Source of the DNA: Botryllus schlosseri
Taxonomy: Eukaryota
Reading direction: 5' to 3'
Assembly: GCA_051294905.1 (NCBI GenBank)
Contig: CM119378.1
Coordinates: 1,116,001 to 1,180,000, forward strand
Length of the DNA stretch: 64,000 bases
Shown one piece after another: positions 12,931 to 25,486 of the stretch; position 1 is the stretch's first letter; the number at the start of each line of letters is the position of its first letter. The notes under the pieces were generated by a model. That model saw nothing but the letters and a program-made list of their open reading frames with translations, had not been told where the DNA came from and made no database searches. A program made the translations under genes and the position numbers.

Positions 12931-14222
12931 TTTATAATCTAATCATGATGGTCATTGTGCAAGTTTATCTGCATGACAAATACACGAGTTAACAAACTAA
13001 ACAAAGTAATAACAATTTCTAACAGGGCTCAAGCAGAGTATTGACTGAATCCGATAACTGTCACAGGCAAAAAGATATGTAAATGATTGGTAACATAGAA
13101 AAAGGGTAAAGCGTTATGACCAACTAAAGTGGTGTTACTTTTTCAAACACATGACCAAGATATCCTAGCATAGATTTGCAGTGATGCCAGCTACATGGAA
13201 AGCTCACAATGTAAACTGAATATCATACACAGATCTGAAAGCGAAATACAACACTAAATAAGACTAAAATGATCAAGATTACCTCTAGCAGAGTGGTTCT
13301 TAACCTTTTTGGAGCGGGGACCTGTAAATAGGTGTGTGTGGTCGCATGCACCCCGTAACCGTGAAATTGCGCGAGCTGATTACTAAAAAATGGTCAATTT
13401 GATTTCTTATAATCCATTCGGTTATTGTGACCTGTGGTGAGCACTGAAAAGACGAAATAAGGACAATGCAGTTTTATAGGAATTATTTACATTGGCCTTT
13501 CGCGGACCCCTTAAAACTATTCGGCAAACCCCCAAGGGGTCCACGGACGACAGGTTAAGAACCCCAGCTCTAGAATGTAGATGTAAAGCAATCGTGGCAT
13601 GATATGTGTACTACACCATTCATGAAAACGACATCCATTAAAAATTGGTGCAGCGAGACTTCCATAACCATAGCAGAATGTAAATTTGAATTCTACAACA
13701 GTAATCGACTATGGTGCCACAGACATAATAATAATAGCAAGAATCTAAACATTAAAATGACATCAAATAATAATCAAAATCATCTCCTTTACAAATTTAC
13801 AGCAAATTAGATTGTTTGATGGACTGAAGCACTCATATCATATCAATGAGTGCAGGATTTCCTTTCAATTCAAGATCAATAACACAGCCATCATCACACA
13901 ATGGGGAATATGCATCAGGCTGCTTACTTGTACAATTGTACATTGTAGATAATCGCGTGAACAAAATAATCCATCATGTCCCATAGAGAGCTTTGCAGTA
14001 TATTTGTCTGTACAAATTTCTCATAAATAGCCCATGAGGATAGACCAACAAGTGTAAAAGAGAGATCTATGGTTTTCACAATGGGTTGTATGATAACGCT
14101 GAAACAAAACAGTTTCATTCAGCTAATCATTGTCATGTCACAGAGTTACTGAATAAATAAAGTTATTGTTGACAAATAGGCTATTTACAAGTTGAGCAAT
14201 GAGCAACACAAAAGCTTAATCT

Positions 14223-16451
14223 CTAGTGCGAGCATTGGCCGCTGATCACATTATCACGGTGTTCACCAAATTTATACAGGTCTTTGCGGGTAACAATTCC
14301 CACGACACGATAATCATCGTTTACAACAACAAGATGGCGCAAACCCAAAGCTCTAAACAGTCGGAAAATCCGTGGAAAGGATGAATCTTCATGACAAACA
14401 TACGGTGATGGATTTACATACGGCTCAAGATCAATATGTAGTTCTCTCTCAGCGGCTGACACATTCAGTAAATTGATGCTGTAAAATCGAGGGTAGCTAT
14501 CACGAAATACAGACAATGGTAACGGGCCGATGGATTCTCTCTCTTGGAAAACTTTATATTTGATCAAAATCAGCAACTGGGACCTCAATATGACTCCATG
14601 GAATTTTCCACGGTCATCAATAACTGGATACCCCCCATGATTACAACCAGGTTTTGATAGATTTTGGACAATGTCTTTGACGCAGGCACGCAGGTTTAAA
14701 GTAATCGGTGGATGAAACATGATTTGTTTGGCTTTGAAGCATCCAGATAACGGTGGGGGCTCCCAGTCTAACACGGGTACATGGTCTAACTCAATGTGCA
14801 TATCGTACAAGCCGGTATTAAATAGATCACCAACAAATTTAGCGATGAGGAGTACAGCCATGAGAGGCAGACTAAATGAGATATTGCCAGTCGCTTCGAT
14901 AAGAATTACAGTCAAACTTATGGTCATCCTCACAGTGCCACCAAGCTGTGACGCAGCACCGATAAGCGCGTATTTTTCAAGATCTTGAGTCCATTCACTA
15001 TTCGGCAATATCGTATTTAATAACACACCGACTAGGCGACCCCAAGCTGCCCCTATCAGTAGTGACGGGATAAACAATCCACTCGGCACTTTAAGACCGT
15101 ACGTCCAACAAGCCAGAAAGAAATACGGAAGAACAAATGCAACTAATGTAACGCACGAATATGCTCCTAAAGGATCATGAAATAGGCTTTTCACTCCTGA
15201 TTCAGGGGTAGTAAACAATAATGTTGCCATGACATTATACTCTCCATCGGAACAAAAAAACTGTAACTTCATGGGATCTTGACCCAATGGTTTACATTCC
15301 GTGTTGCAGTACATTAACGTAAAAGAAATCATACCAGACACAATAGCCACGATGCACGCTTCTAAGACATGAAAAATTCTGCTTTTGACATAAGTCATGC
15401 GATATTTCATAAGACGAATGTTCAAAGCATTGAATGCGGCACCGGACATTCCCCCGAGCGCAGCCATGATAAAGAAGACTAGAAGATCTTGCAGCATGTA
15501 TGTGCTGTCAAATTGCCCGAAATTTATGAGACCAGGGTACGATAAATCCCCCGGGTGATCATGATAGACACTAAGCAGAATATTCAAAGTGTAGCTCGAC
15601 AGAATAGAGCATAAGAAAATCCTCCACGTCAAAGCTTGGTTCCAAAAGCTTGCGGCTTCTTCAAGACTGAACAAAACTCCGCCAACCGGGGCTCCAAACG
15701 CGGCAGAGACACCGGCAGCCGCCCCGGCACAGACAAAATCTCTTTTCTCTCTATCGTTCCGAAAATGCGTGAACAACGGAGTTGTAATGCCAGTAGTGAT
15801 GGACCGACCTTGCGATATTCCGGCCGCAATTACAGCCCCTGAATGCACCATAGGACCTTCTTTTCCAACAGCTAAACCCCCGGACACAGTTGCGATTATC
15901 CCCGATACTTTAGCAAACAGAGTTTTCAGTCTTACAACTTCCGGCACCTTTACACCATTAAGGTAACATTTGATTTGCGGAATTCCACTGCCAGCCGCAA
16001 CAGGTGCGAAAAATGTGGTGATGCTCGCAGCAAATGCGACTAGAAGAGTGTTGATTCCGATCCACATAAAGAGAGGCCTCCATAAACACGTCTCCTGGAC
16101 ACATTCTTTGATTGAATCTTCGAGCGCAGACATTTTCAAGCTCGCAAGCTGATCGATCGAAATGTCGATTACTACTGCAGTAATACCGGTCATGATTCCA
16201 ATAGCGATGCATATTAGCCAGCGTTGTATGTTTATTGCAGTCAACTGTCTTGGGGATGTTTCAACCTCTTCCCTTATGAACAGTTCGTTTTCCACTTCAT
16301 CATAATCCAAGGCTTCCACTTGTTTTACATTTTGCTTCCTCCAATTCCCGATTTTATTATGGGCAGTCGGAACGTTAATGACTTCTGCTTCGTTGGAATT
16401 GAATTCGTTTATCTCGTTTGGCACCAAAGGATCCTCATCTCGCGTTGACAT
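14223..16451 (-). CDS. CLCN7: H+/Cl- exchanger CLC-7-like, no coding introns
   Basis: 742-aa ORF with GSGIPQIKCYLNG, GKEGPMVHSG, GLFIPSLL and two C-terminal CBS domains (FRALGLRHLVVV). Confidence 0.93.
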   Translation of the reverse strand: MSTRDEDPLVPNEINEFNSNEAEVINVPTAHNKIGNWRKQNVKQVEALDYDEVENELFIREEVETSPRQLTAINIQRWLICIAIGIMTGITAVVIDISIDQLASLKMSALEDSIKECVQETCLWRPLFMWIGINTLLVAFAASITTFFAPVAAGSGIPQIKCYLNGVKVPEVVRLKTLFAKVSGIIATVSGGLAVGKEGPMVHSGAVIAAGISQGRSITTGITTPLFTHFRNDREKRDFVCAGAAAGVSAAFGAPVGGVLFSLEEAASFWNQALTWRIFLCSILSSYTLNILLSVYHDHPGDLSYPGLINFGQFDSTYMLQDLLVFFIMAALGGMSGAAFNALNIRLMKYRMTYVKSRIFHVLEACIVAIVSGMISFTLMYCNTECKPLGQDPMKLQFFCSDGEYNVMATLLFTTPESGVKSLFHDPLGAYSCVTLVAFVLPYFFLACWTYGLKVPSGLFIPSLLIGAAWGRLVGVLLNTILPNSEWTQDLEKYALIGAASQLGGTVRMTISLTVILIEATGNISFSLPLMAVLLIAKFVGDLFNTGLYDMHIELDHVPVLDWEPPPLSGCFKAKQIMFHPPITLNLRACVKDIVQNLSKPGCNHGGYPVIDDRGKFHGVILRSQLLILIKYKVFQERESIGPLPLSVFRDSYPRFYSINLLNVSAAERELHIDLEPYVNPSPYVCHEDSSFPRIFRLFRALGLRHLVVVNDDYRVVGIVTRKDLYKFGEHRDNVISGQCSH

Positions 16452-17770
16452 GGTATCCGGAGTTTACCAACACAAGACTCGATCAAGTTTTACGAACGCG
16501 ACCACGCGCTAATTACACCGCGCCATAACTAACCGACCACTGATAAATTAAAAGTCAGTTATTGTAAATTACCATCTCACCAGCTAACAAACTTGACCAC
16601 CAAGAATTGCCCATAAACATAATGCAGTCAAGAAAATAATGTCTACACTACAACAGCGGCTAGTTCTCAGTTCTCAGCACAGAGAAAAAGCTCACCGACT
16701 CAGTACATACGATCTACATCCCACCGCCTACTGGGAAGAAATAAATAAATAAATGATAGGTCACGTGAATGGAAAAATAAATCAGCAAATATAACGGTGG
16801 AAATTTATTCTCATAATTTTAGCGATACTCTCTATTTCTTTAATTTCAGATTGCAGTCAAGTACATGGCTCGTCGATTGATACCGCGATTCTAGTCGCAT
16901 GTAAATAAATCCGGCGATTATTGATTATGATTTAGCCTCAAATATCTGTCTATAGGGGGCGCTCGTGGTATATGAGTAAAGAGAAATACGGTAGGGAACT
17001 TGGGAACTCGGGATAGCGCGATCGTTCTGTTCATGTTCAAACTGTTGTTCAAAATAACTTTTTTCCCGCACTCTGGGGATTCACTGATTAAATTGTTAGG
17101 TTGTCTAAAAAAGGCTACACTGCTAATTTTGCTCATTTCAAACCAGCCGAAGCCGCGGCTGAGCAAATAGAAATTTTTGAATTTATTTAAAATAAATTAC
17201 AAATGACTTTTTCCAATTTTATTGTCAACCATATGAAATTATTGAGTTGTATACAAAAACGATGCAAAAGAAATTTGACGCAATTCCAACCAGTAGAAGC
17301 GAAGTTATTTGAGTTTTGATCTGTATTAATCCTGGGATTACCCACCACCAATTAATGCTATTTTAGAGCATCGACAAGTTTCAACTGCAATAATTTCGCT
17401 CCTACAGGTTGGAACTGGAAGTGAGCAAAAATCGAGAGAGAGAGAGAGAAAGAGATTAAGTCTTGGAAAAAACTGTGATAGGCCAATTATATTTAAAATC
17501 AACCACGTCCATCTAATAGCCTACTTGAATGACAGGGATCAGATCAACATACTATTTCCAAGGTCGCACGCATTGCAAATCACTGCTGCAGATGGATCGA
17601 TAATAACAAATCGACCAAAGTAATTCAAGTGCCAGTTACGTCATATTTCCCAGTGTCCACGACACCTATATGAGTATATACACGCTGAAGAGATCATACA
17701 GACGTCATGAAAAGCATTTATAGTGAAGTGAACATGATAAACAATCTTAACGAAACGCTCAAATGGAACT

Positions 17771-20700
17771 TCACGGAGTGGTTCTCTCTGTCGTTGTATA
17801 GAATTCGAATCTCCGTCGATCCTCGCTACTCTGCCGCACGGCCGTTCGTTGCTCAGTTCGATTCAGAATGTTGTCAATAACGCCTCCCCTAGGGTCGTTC
17901 AAGCCACCAGCCAATGGCAATTGTGATTGATTCGTCAAGTGGACATCAGCCTCTGCGGATGGAGACGGATTGCGAGCTTCTGTAATACGAATCATGCTTT
18001 GACGTTTTAGATGGAAAATTTAACAACGAGGATGCTGACAGGTAGAGCAATCAAATACATGAAAACTGGATTCATGAGAGAGAGAGAGAGAGAGAGAGAT
18101 AGAGTATACTTTCATCCAACCAAAATACATAACACACGGTAGTGATGGTGGTACAGAAACATGCATGCACAGTATTCGGTATTAGATAGGAATGATCGAT
18201 AAGACCGTGAAGGTCATCTAGTCTGATCACACCAGCATCAAACAGGTACACTTGACTCTAACTAAACAGTCAGTCATGCATAATCAGCTGTAGAGTATAA
18301 TAGATACTCGATCAGCTCTTGAGTTTATCTTTATCATCACCTGTGGTTCTCAAACTTTTTCACATCAACATAGCCTACCGATAACAATATTGACTACCTC
18401 AATCAACCCATTTCAAAAATAGTTATATATTGACAGCGAGGACAACAACTAAAATAATGATGTCATAATTTCAGTGGAATAGTGGATGATTAGGCCTACA
18501 TTCAAATCGATATAAACCCGAATATTTTCGGCTGACACTTGTCGGAAACTAAAAGAACATTCAGTATCAACAATCGTATCATCAAATATGACTTCACCGG
18601 CATCAAAATTCGAATAATCGACGCGAACAGATAGCATGAGCTCAATGTCTTATTATTAGGTTATACACGCACTCCTGTTGGTACAAACTAGTTTTGGCTT
18701 CTTTTGATGAAGGACATAATTCACACAACAAAATTGAGTGGAGCGCTAGAATTTGTTTTGAGGTATTGAAATAAATAAGTATCAAGGGGGTCTATGCATA
18801 TTGTAGTATTTTCTGTTGGATCCCTTTTAATCCATGATGACCTCTGCCCGCAAGGTTATTTTATGTGGCCCTATGAGAACGTGATAGTCTAATAATGGAT
18901 TGACCAAAAGCTACATTTTACACTATTAGGCACACAATAGAGAAGTCAGCCTCTAAATACGCAGCCTAGAAATGAGAAATGCACAACTTGAGCACATAGT
19001 AACAATGTAAAATATTTTCTTCCTATTTGTTTCGTATATTTCGTTCTTTACTTGGTATCGTACTCGTTCGTTAAGACGAGAGTTGTTTGTTCTGCGGAAA
19101 ATTGAATAGTCCGACCTCTTAAATCGTAAACAATCCTGATATTGTCGGGTCTTGAACGATGCCGCTCCATTGACTCTTCGGTCTCACCTGAAAACACACG
19201 TGTGTGCAGGAGTGAGTGAAATGCTGGACTGATCACAACACCAAAATATGTAGCACGAAGTTACGCAAGTTAGCGGAAATGACATTTCTATCAACCCACA
19301 GCTGCGACAAAGTGCATTGTAGTAGATACGGTCGAAGGAATACCAGTTGATATTTATGTTATGTGGAACTGGCATTATTTACTTTGTGGCCGCAAAAAAG
19401 GTACATATCATCATATCATTCCTACTACATCTGCATTTACTACTCACCGTAAATATTATAAATACATCGGTCGTATTTAAATGGAACGATAACAAAATAA
19501 AAACTTATCTTTGTGCAGCGGCAGTACCATAACCAATGATCGTTTCGTGAGGTGTGGTTATTGCTAGTTGAAAACTATTACCAATACCCCGCCCTGACGA
19601 CCCTCGTGGTCGGCAGTGGCAATTTCTGACGGGTCTCAAGGGACCTTGCTATCGAACGTAATCACTAAATCTAGTGGACCTCGGCTTATGGAAACTATGT
19701 TGTACAATCTTAAAATAGTTGTTGAGATTACGACCTCTCTTCAGATCAAGCGGGTGACGGCATGTTTGGTGACACGATTGTGATATAGGCCGACATTTGC
19801 TGTAAATCCCGTAGTCTTTATAAACATCAAAACAGAGCTGACTCGTGAAATACCTATACGCCGCAAAGCAGCTCTCCAATCTTCTTCAGTCTTGACAACC
19901 TCCCCGTAAGCGGGAGGTGGTGTAGGAGTTCTAGCAGTGCCAGTGCTGCTCCCGCCAAACATGGTCAACATCATGGAGGGGACACTTCTGGAAGTTCGTG
20001 TCCTATGACGAAATCTTGAAAGCGCTGAGCAATAGGACCGCCTGAAGAAAAACAGTGAGAGTTAGCCGAAAGCTTGATATATTTGTAGTTTATATGTATA
20101 GTAGCCTACAAGTCGCACGACCTCGAATATGCGAAGTTAACGGTCGGAAACGTCTTGATCATATAAAAATCAGACCTGCCTACGTACGTGCATTGCATAC
20201 CTTCCTTCGTTCCGACGTTTTGGATTAAAATGTTGTACTCGATTTATACCGCGGTATATGTCTGAGGTAGGTTCTGGTTCGTGTGCAATGGATATAATAG
20301 CCTATATTCACACCGGCATATCAGGGGTGCTACACGGGTGGAAATACACACCCTTTCCCTTCATAGTGTATGACTTCAATATTCAGAAAACCGTTTCTCA
20401 AAACTCGACTCGGCTCGAATCATTACAATTATTGATACTCTATTCAGAATCGAGCACTCGAAGAATTGTGTCAAGCCCTAGTCCCATATGTGGCCTACTA
20501 TGGCCTTTGGTTATGCAATCTCATTTCGAACTGTAATAACTGGGGCGATTCTTTTTTGACCTAAAAACGGAAGATTTTGACCTAAGAGATCTTAATTTGA
20601 CAAAATTCTGCCCCCATGTATGTAAATTTGTTTTCCCTCATAATGTTTGAATTGTACTAGCCTACTTATCTTCATTTCTGGTTGGAACTTTCTGCGCTTA

Positions 20701-23700
20701 CAAAGTAGTTTGGCCGCAAAAAACATTTTGACGTGAAAACCGTCAAATTTTTACTTGACAAAACTTTATTTACACTGAAGTTGTGCGTATACATCATAAT
20801 TTTTCATCATGCGATTCTTGATTTAAGAGCCAATGCCCATGCAGTCTTGCTTCAGTTAGGATATCGCGGTACGTTGAGCATAACACCACGTCAATATATT
20901 TGTTTCATTCGACCGTTTTAGGATTCACAATTAGCAAACAAATGGTCGTCTACAATGGTTGGCCTATAAAGGAGGCAGCGGTAATGTAACATGTCAAATG
21001 ATAAGTTCACCGACAGTACAAACATCTGCAATACAAACGAAGTGCAGGTTGCAAAAGAAATTTGACTTTGTAAACAGTTTTTGACAATGTTTTGACCGAA
21101 CGCTACAATTTTGACCAAATTTTGACGTGTCAAACAAAAATTGCCCTACTAATAACTTACTCCGTGTAACAATGCGCCGTAGCAATGACAGCGATGACAG
21201 CCGACACGAAAACCACGATCGCCAGCAGTGCGCGAACAGACTCGTCGCTCCCGAACGACCATATCGCGTCCATCACGTCGGACATTGTTCCCGGGTTGTG
21301 CGTCGCACGGGATGATAGCTCTCTTTGCCGATTAGTTTGCTTCTGAAGACAACATGCTCGACCTGTGACATCAGGCCAACCGATTCGTTTCGAGATAATA
21401 CATAGGAAGTTTCCTTTTTATCTTCAAAACAAGCGCTGATATTTCAGAAATGATCAAAATCAGTCAAATTTGCCACTCAAGTAAAAGTAGAAGTATAAGG
21501 CCGTAGATATATAAAACTAGAAGTATAACTATTTCCAAGACTCGTCAAAACTGTTTCAAGTTGGGAGACGTCAGACTTCGCGTCGTCGGGAGACGCCTTT
21601 CACACTTTCATGTGCGTGTGTATCTGTATGGAGTTTGCATTAGCAGAAGGAGATCGGCATTTGATGCCTGTGACGTCATGTTTGATGATACGATTGTTGA
21701 TATAAAATGTTCTTTCCGATTCTCTACTGTAGTTGCTGACGACTGCTCAGGACGAGTGTCAGCCGAATACATATTCGCAACCGCCCTCACAACCCGCGAT
21801 CAAAAAGTTTAATAATCAGGCAAGCTTTGCGACCCATGATGTAACTCACCACTGTATGAAACGAGGCGTGGAAGCCAGTTTTTGTCTTTGACATGTCAGC
21901 GTGAAAAACAATCACAAGAGTGCTGCCCGCCCTTTCCGTCATTCTCGGTGGCGGGATGTCCTCACCGCAGTACACTCCCCACGTGACCTGGGTCGTTCGC
22001 GGCTCTGCCTCGACTGATGAAGATTCTTCAGTTCTATCGGAATCGAGGTATTCTTCTGCAATGTACAGCATGTCGAAGTGACACTCGGCTTGTGCGAATG
22101 GGTTGAACTGAAAAACGAGTCGGTTATAAGCAGGGGCGGTTGCGTTGCGGACAAACGGACGCCATGGAGCGGTCGCCTTGCTCGAATCACTCAAGTCCAG
22201 TTTCAGGTGTGTTTTATAAGACAGTAATGGTCAGTTCCATTGCGGTCTCTATTGAAAATGATGGTTTTCATATTATGTGAGACATTGTTAAACTTTCGAA
22301 TGTTTACGCTTATATTAATTGTAGAAGTAGGCTACTACATATTGTGTGTTCGTTGTTTACTGTACTATAGTCTTTGAAATATTCTGGAACATTGATATTT
22401 GACTATCATTCCTAGTATGAGTGAGGATGACTCATTTTGAAGGTGTTTTGGTTTCTCTGGTACGCTCGAGTTGAATGTTTTTGATACTCGGGTTTAATTG
22501 GTTACAATCTGGCTCCTTTCGTTGCATACGTTGCTCGCTGTATGAACCGGTTTGAAGCTGCATTTGCTATGTGTGTGAGTTGAACTGATATCTATTGAAA
22601 AGTAACAGAAAGGATTTCAAAGCCGCAGGTAGAACGGCCCAGATTCAGAACGTCATCGGTCTCTGCTACTCGAAAAATTCAATGACTGATCACCTCGGAA
22701 TCAAAAGCACATCAGTGCAATGCAATACGCGCGCGCGGCCTCGTCGTCCAACTACCATATAATCGTCAGAATGAATTACATTACATGAAATCACATCTCT
22801 CTATAAGTAGGCCTATATGCCGAACCATAATTGTAGAACAGTATTTCGTCGGCTATCCGACAGGATGGAGGATGTCAACTGTCCAGTGTCCACATTTAAG
22901 TACATAATACAAGCAGATTCTGTAGGTCTACTGAATGCTGAATACTATTGTGAGCGCTCGAGATTACTGAACCACTCTACCTCATTATTAGCCACCTCCC
23001 AGTTTTAAATTATAGTAAGCACCTAAGCAATAACTCACGGCTGAATTGACATATCCCTCCTCCAAACTAAACTCATGAAAGAAGAGATAGGTGTAGCGAT
23101 CTTTGGGCGACCGAATCTTCCAAATGCACGTGATATTGTTCGGGTAATTTTCCGGGAAATTCGGCGACGTGAATTCTCCTGAATTGCCGATCACCATCCC
23201 ACCAGACGAGCAAATAGAATCTGAAATTCAAGCGACCATGTTGCCGGTATAGGGCATTGTACCATGCTTTATCTCCTGAGATCAGACTCGGAGCACCGGA
23301 TAATTCGAGTTGACTCATTAGACTAGAGCGAAATGCCCTTAATTTAATTAGAATGTAATTTCTGCTTTTCCTGAAAATGCGACAGGCAGAACTATCCATT
23401 CGAAACGAGCCAAGGTTGGTGTGCAGACATTTGACATTCTCATGCTTACGAGAATGAACTCTGGTTTGATAGGAACTGAACTTGATTTATATTATTTTTC
23501 TTTCTAGTTAGGAATTGAGTCTGATTTCTAAGTTTCTGCGAATTCAATGATAGCCTACTAATTCTAATCTCGCTTAAAAAACAATTGTGTAGCTATATTA
23601 TTCTAATTGTAATATCTAAAACTTTTCTAGTTATACAATAATCCGTTTAGGCCACAGGTCGCATATTCTCTTGATACCTGTTTCTATACTCGTCAAATTA

Positions 23701-23840
23701 TAACCGAGATCTTCAACATGGCCGTCGTGGTCGTCATCAGCCGCTCCTGGAGAGGCTGGGTTGCTACTTTGTACGCTAGCCACAACGTCACGGGCTTTAC
23801 AAAGTAAAATAGTTACCCATACTGCATACACACCACCCAT
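17771..23840 (-). CDS. Single-pass type I membrane protein: signal peptide, one CUB domain, TM, cytoplasmic PPAY motif
   Basis: Phase-consistent exons 23840-23678 (MGGVYAVWVTILLCKA...), 23220-23039 (GEFTSPNFPENYPNNITCIWKI), 22107-21850 (YCGEDIP...VIVFHAD...GFHASF), 21342-21161 (TM ALLAIVVFVSAVIAVIA), 20041-19854 (TPPPAYGEV), ~19187-19052 and ~17996-17771. The last two junctions are less certain. Confidence 0.75.
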
Positions 23841-25486
23841 ACTTAAACCTAAGATTGACAGCAGGAGCCCTACCCTAGCCACATCGCAATACAAGTAAGT
23901 TTCGTGACTGATAATTTTACCGCATTGTTAACGTCACAAAGGATGTGGTTATCCCAATTTGCAACAGTTCCATTTTCGTCTACCCACGCGAAAGGGAGAT
24001 AGGTCGTAAAAGTTCCTTGTTACATATAGGCAGGTGGCTGGCGATGATAGCAAATCGTATATTATGATCGCGGTTCTATATGATATTGTATCAGCTCAAA
24101 ACACACAACGTACAACGCGATGTATGCCTAATGAACAGATTGGAGGGAGCGCATTCTGCGCAACGACCAGATCCGTCATCATTGATCTCCATCTTTCGGC
24201 TGTCTTTTTTTGGTACTTTTCCTTAGTTCATCTCTGGGCATTTTGTAAAGACCCCGTAAGCACAGCATCGAAGGTGAGAAGCCCACATAAACCTAGGAAA
24301 CGTGTCATTGCCGAGCTGGGTTCCCACGCGTCAACGGCGATGGATTCGCGAGCTACGCTTTCCCCTCTTCGTTCGCTTCAACTAACTGTACTAACACGCA
24401 CTGGCCGGTGGTGATATTTACTGCGGAAATCCAAACCGGAGGAATGCTTCGGACCATGAAGCGGACTTGTTTTGAATGACACACCCAGGCAGACTTGACC
24501 GACTACATAATTAGGCAACAGAACTGTACACTGTACAGAGCGAAACGAGCCAAGCCTGATGTACGGACATTTACCATCAGGGTTGTAATGATCCAACAGT
24601 GAACACAAGTCGCGATTTTCCGGTGACTGGCGTCAATTTCTTGAGTACTGAAAATGACTCAGCCCGAGTCAATTTGTGTATTGACTCGACTTGTAGGCCT
24701 ACTTGGCCGTTCCACGTTTTGTTATTCGATCAATCAGTACTCGTACATCACAATTTGGACCAGAAATTGTCAAGAATGATAAGAATTTGCGTATTCTGAA
24801 CGGGTTGAACTCGAAACTGAACGCAATACAATGACTCAACTCGGTGATGGATTGAATTCGACTTGAGTTCTTGACACAGTGCAGTTACGGTTCTCGTTAC
24901 AGCCCTGATTTCCAATCTAGTACTCATGGGAATTAGCTCTGATTTCATATGAACCGAACTGGAAATTTGTCGTCCTTTCCAATTGGAATTTCCATCAATA
25001 TTTCACTCAATACTAGCCAATCTTCAGGATTACCGGACCACGAAATAACATCGACCTCGCCCTCTGCCACCTCATTTCGCCGCTTGCCGGCTTGCGTCTT
25101 ATATTCTCTGCTTTTCTTTTCATTCAGTGTGCATGCCTTTTATTTACTTCGCCTAGGCTAAGGTGGGTGTCCGATCTTGAAGGCTACTACAAGTTATTTC
25201 GACACCTTCCTATCTTTTCATTATATCGCAGTCTTGTTATGTTTTGAAACGATGAAAATATTAATAAACCTGATTGATTGATCCAAGTTTTCGAAAATTC
25301 AGCAATTCTCTAATTCAAGATCAAATTTGGAAAAAACAAAATTTACTTGTTGTCCAGCTCTGCCTCACATCAACTATTTTACAGATAGCAACGTGGTTTG
25401 AAACTGATGCGAAAAATAACAATATGATTGAATCCGATTCAAATTGTACAAAGCTACAAGTGGTAATAGTATAAAAGCCAGACAAA

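Noticed and set aside
12195..16448. Many overlapping or antisense short ORFs within TMEM184C and CLCN7 (likewise in XAB2, TTC1 and PTPA)
   Set aside because: Shadow ORFs of real coding sequence with no independent motifs.
23900..24420. Cys-containing minus-strand peptide fragments suggesting a decayed receptor gene
   Set aside because: All frames are interrupted and no family motif is present; better explained as the upstream region of the CUB gene.
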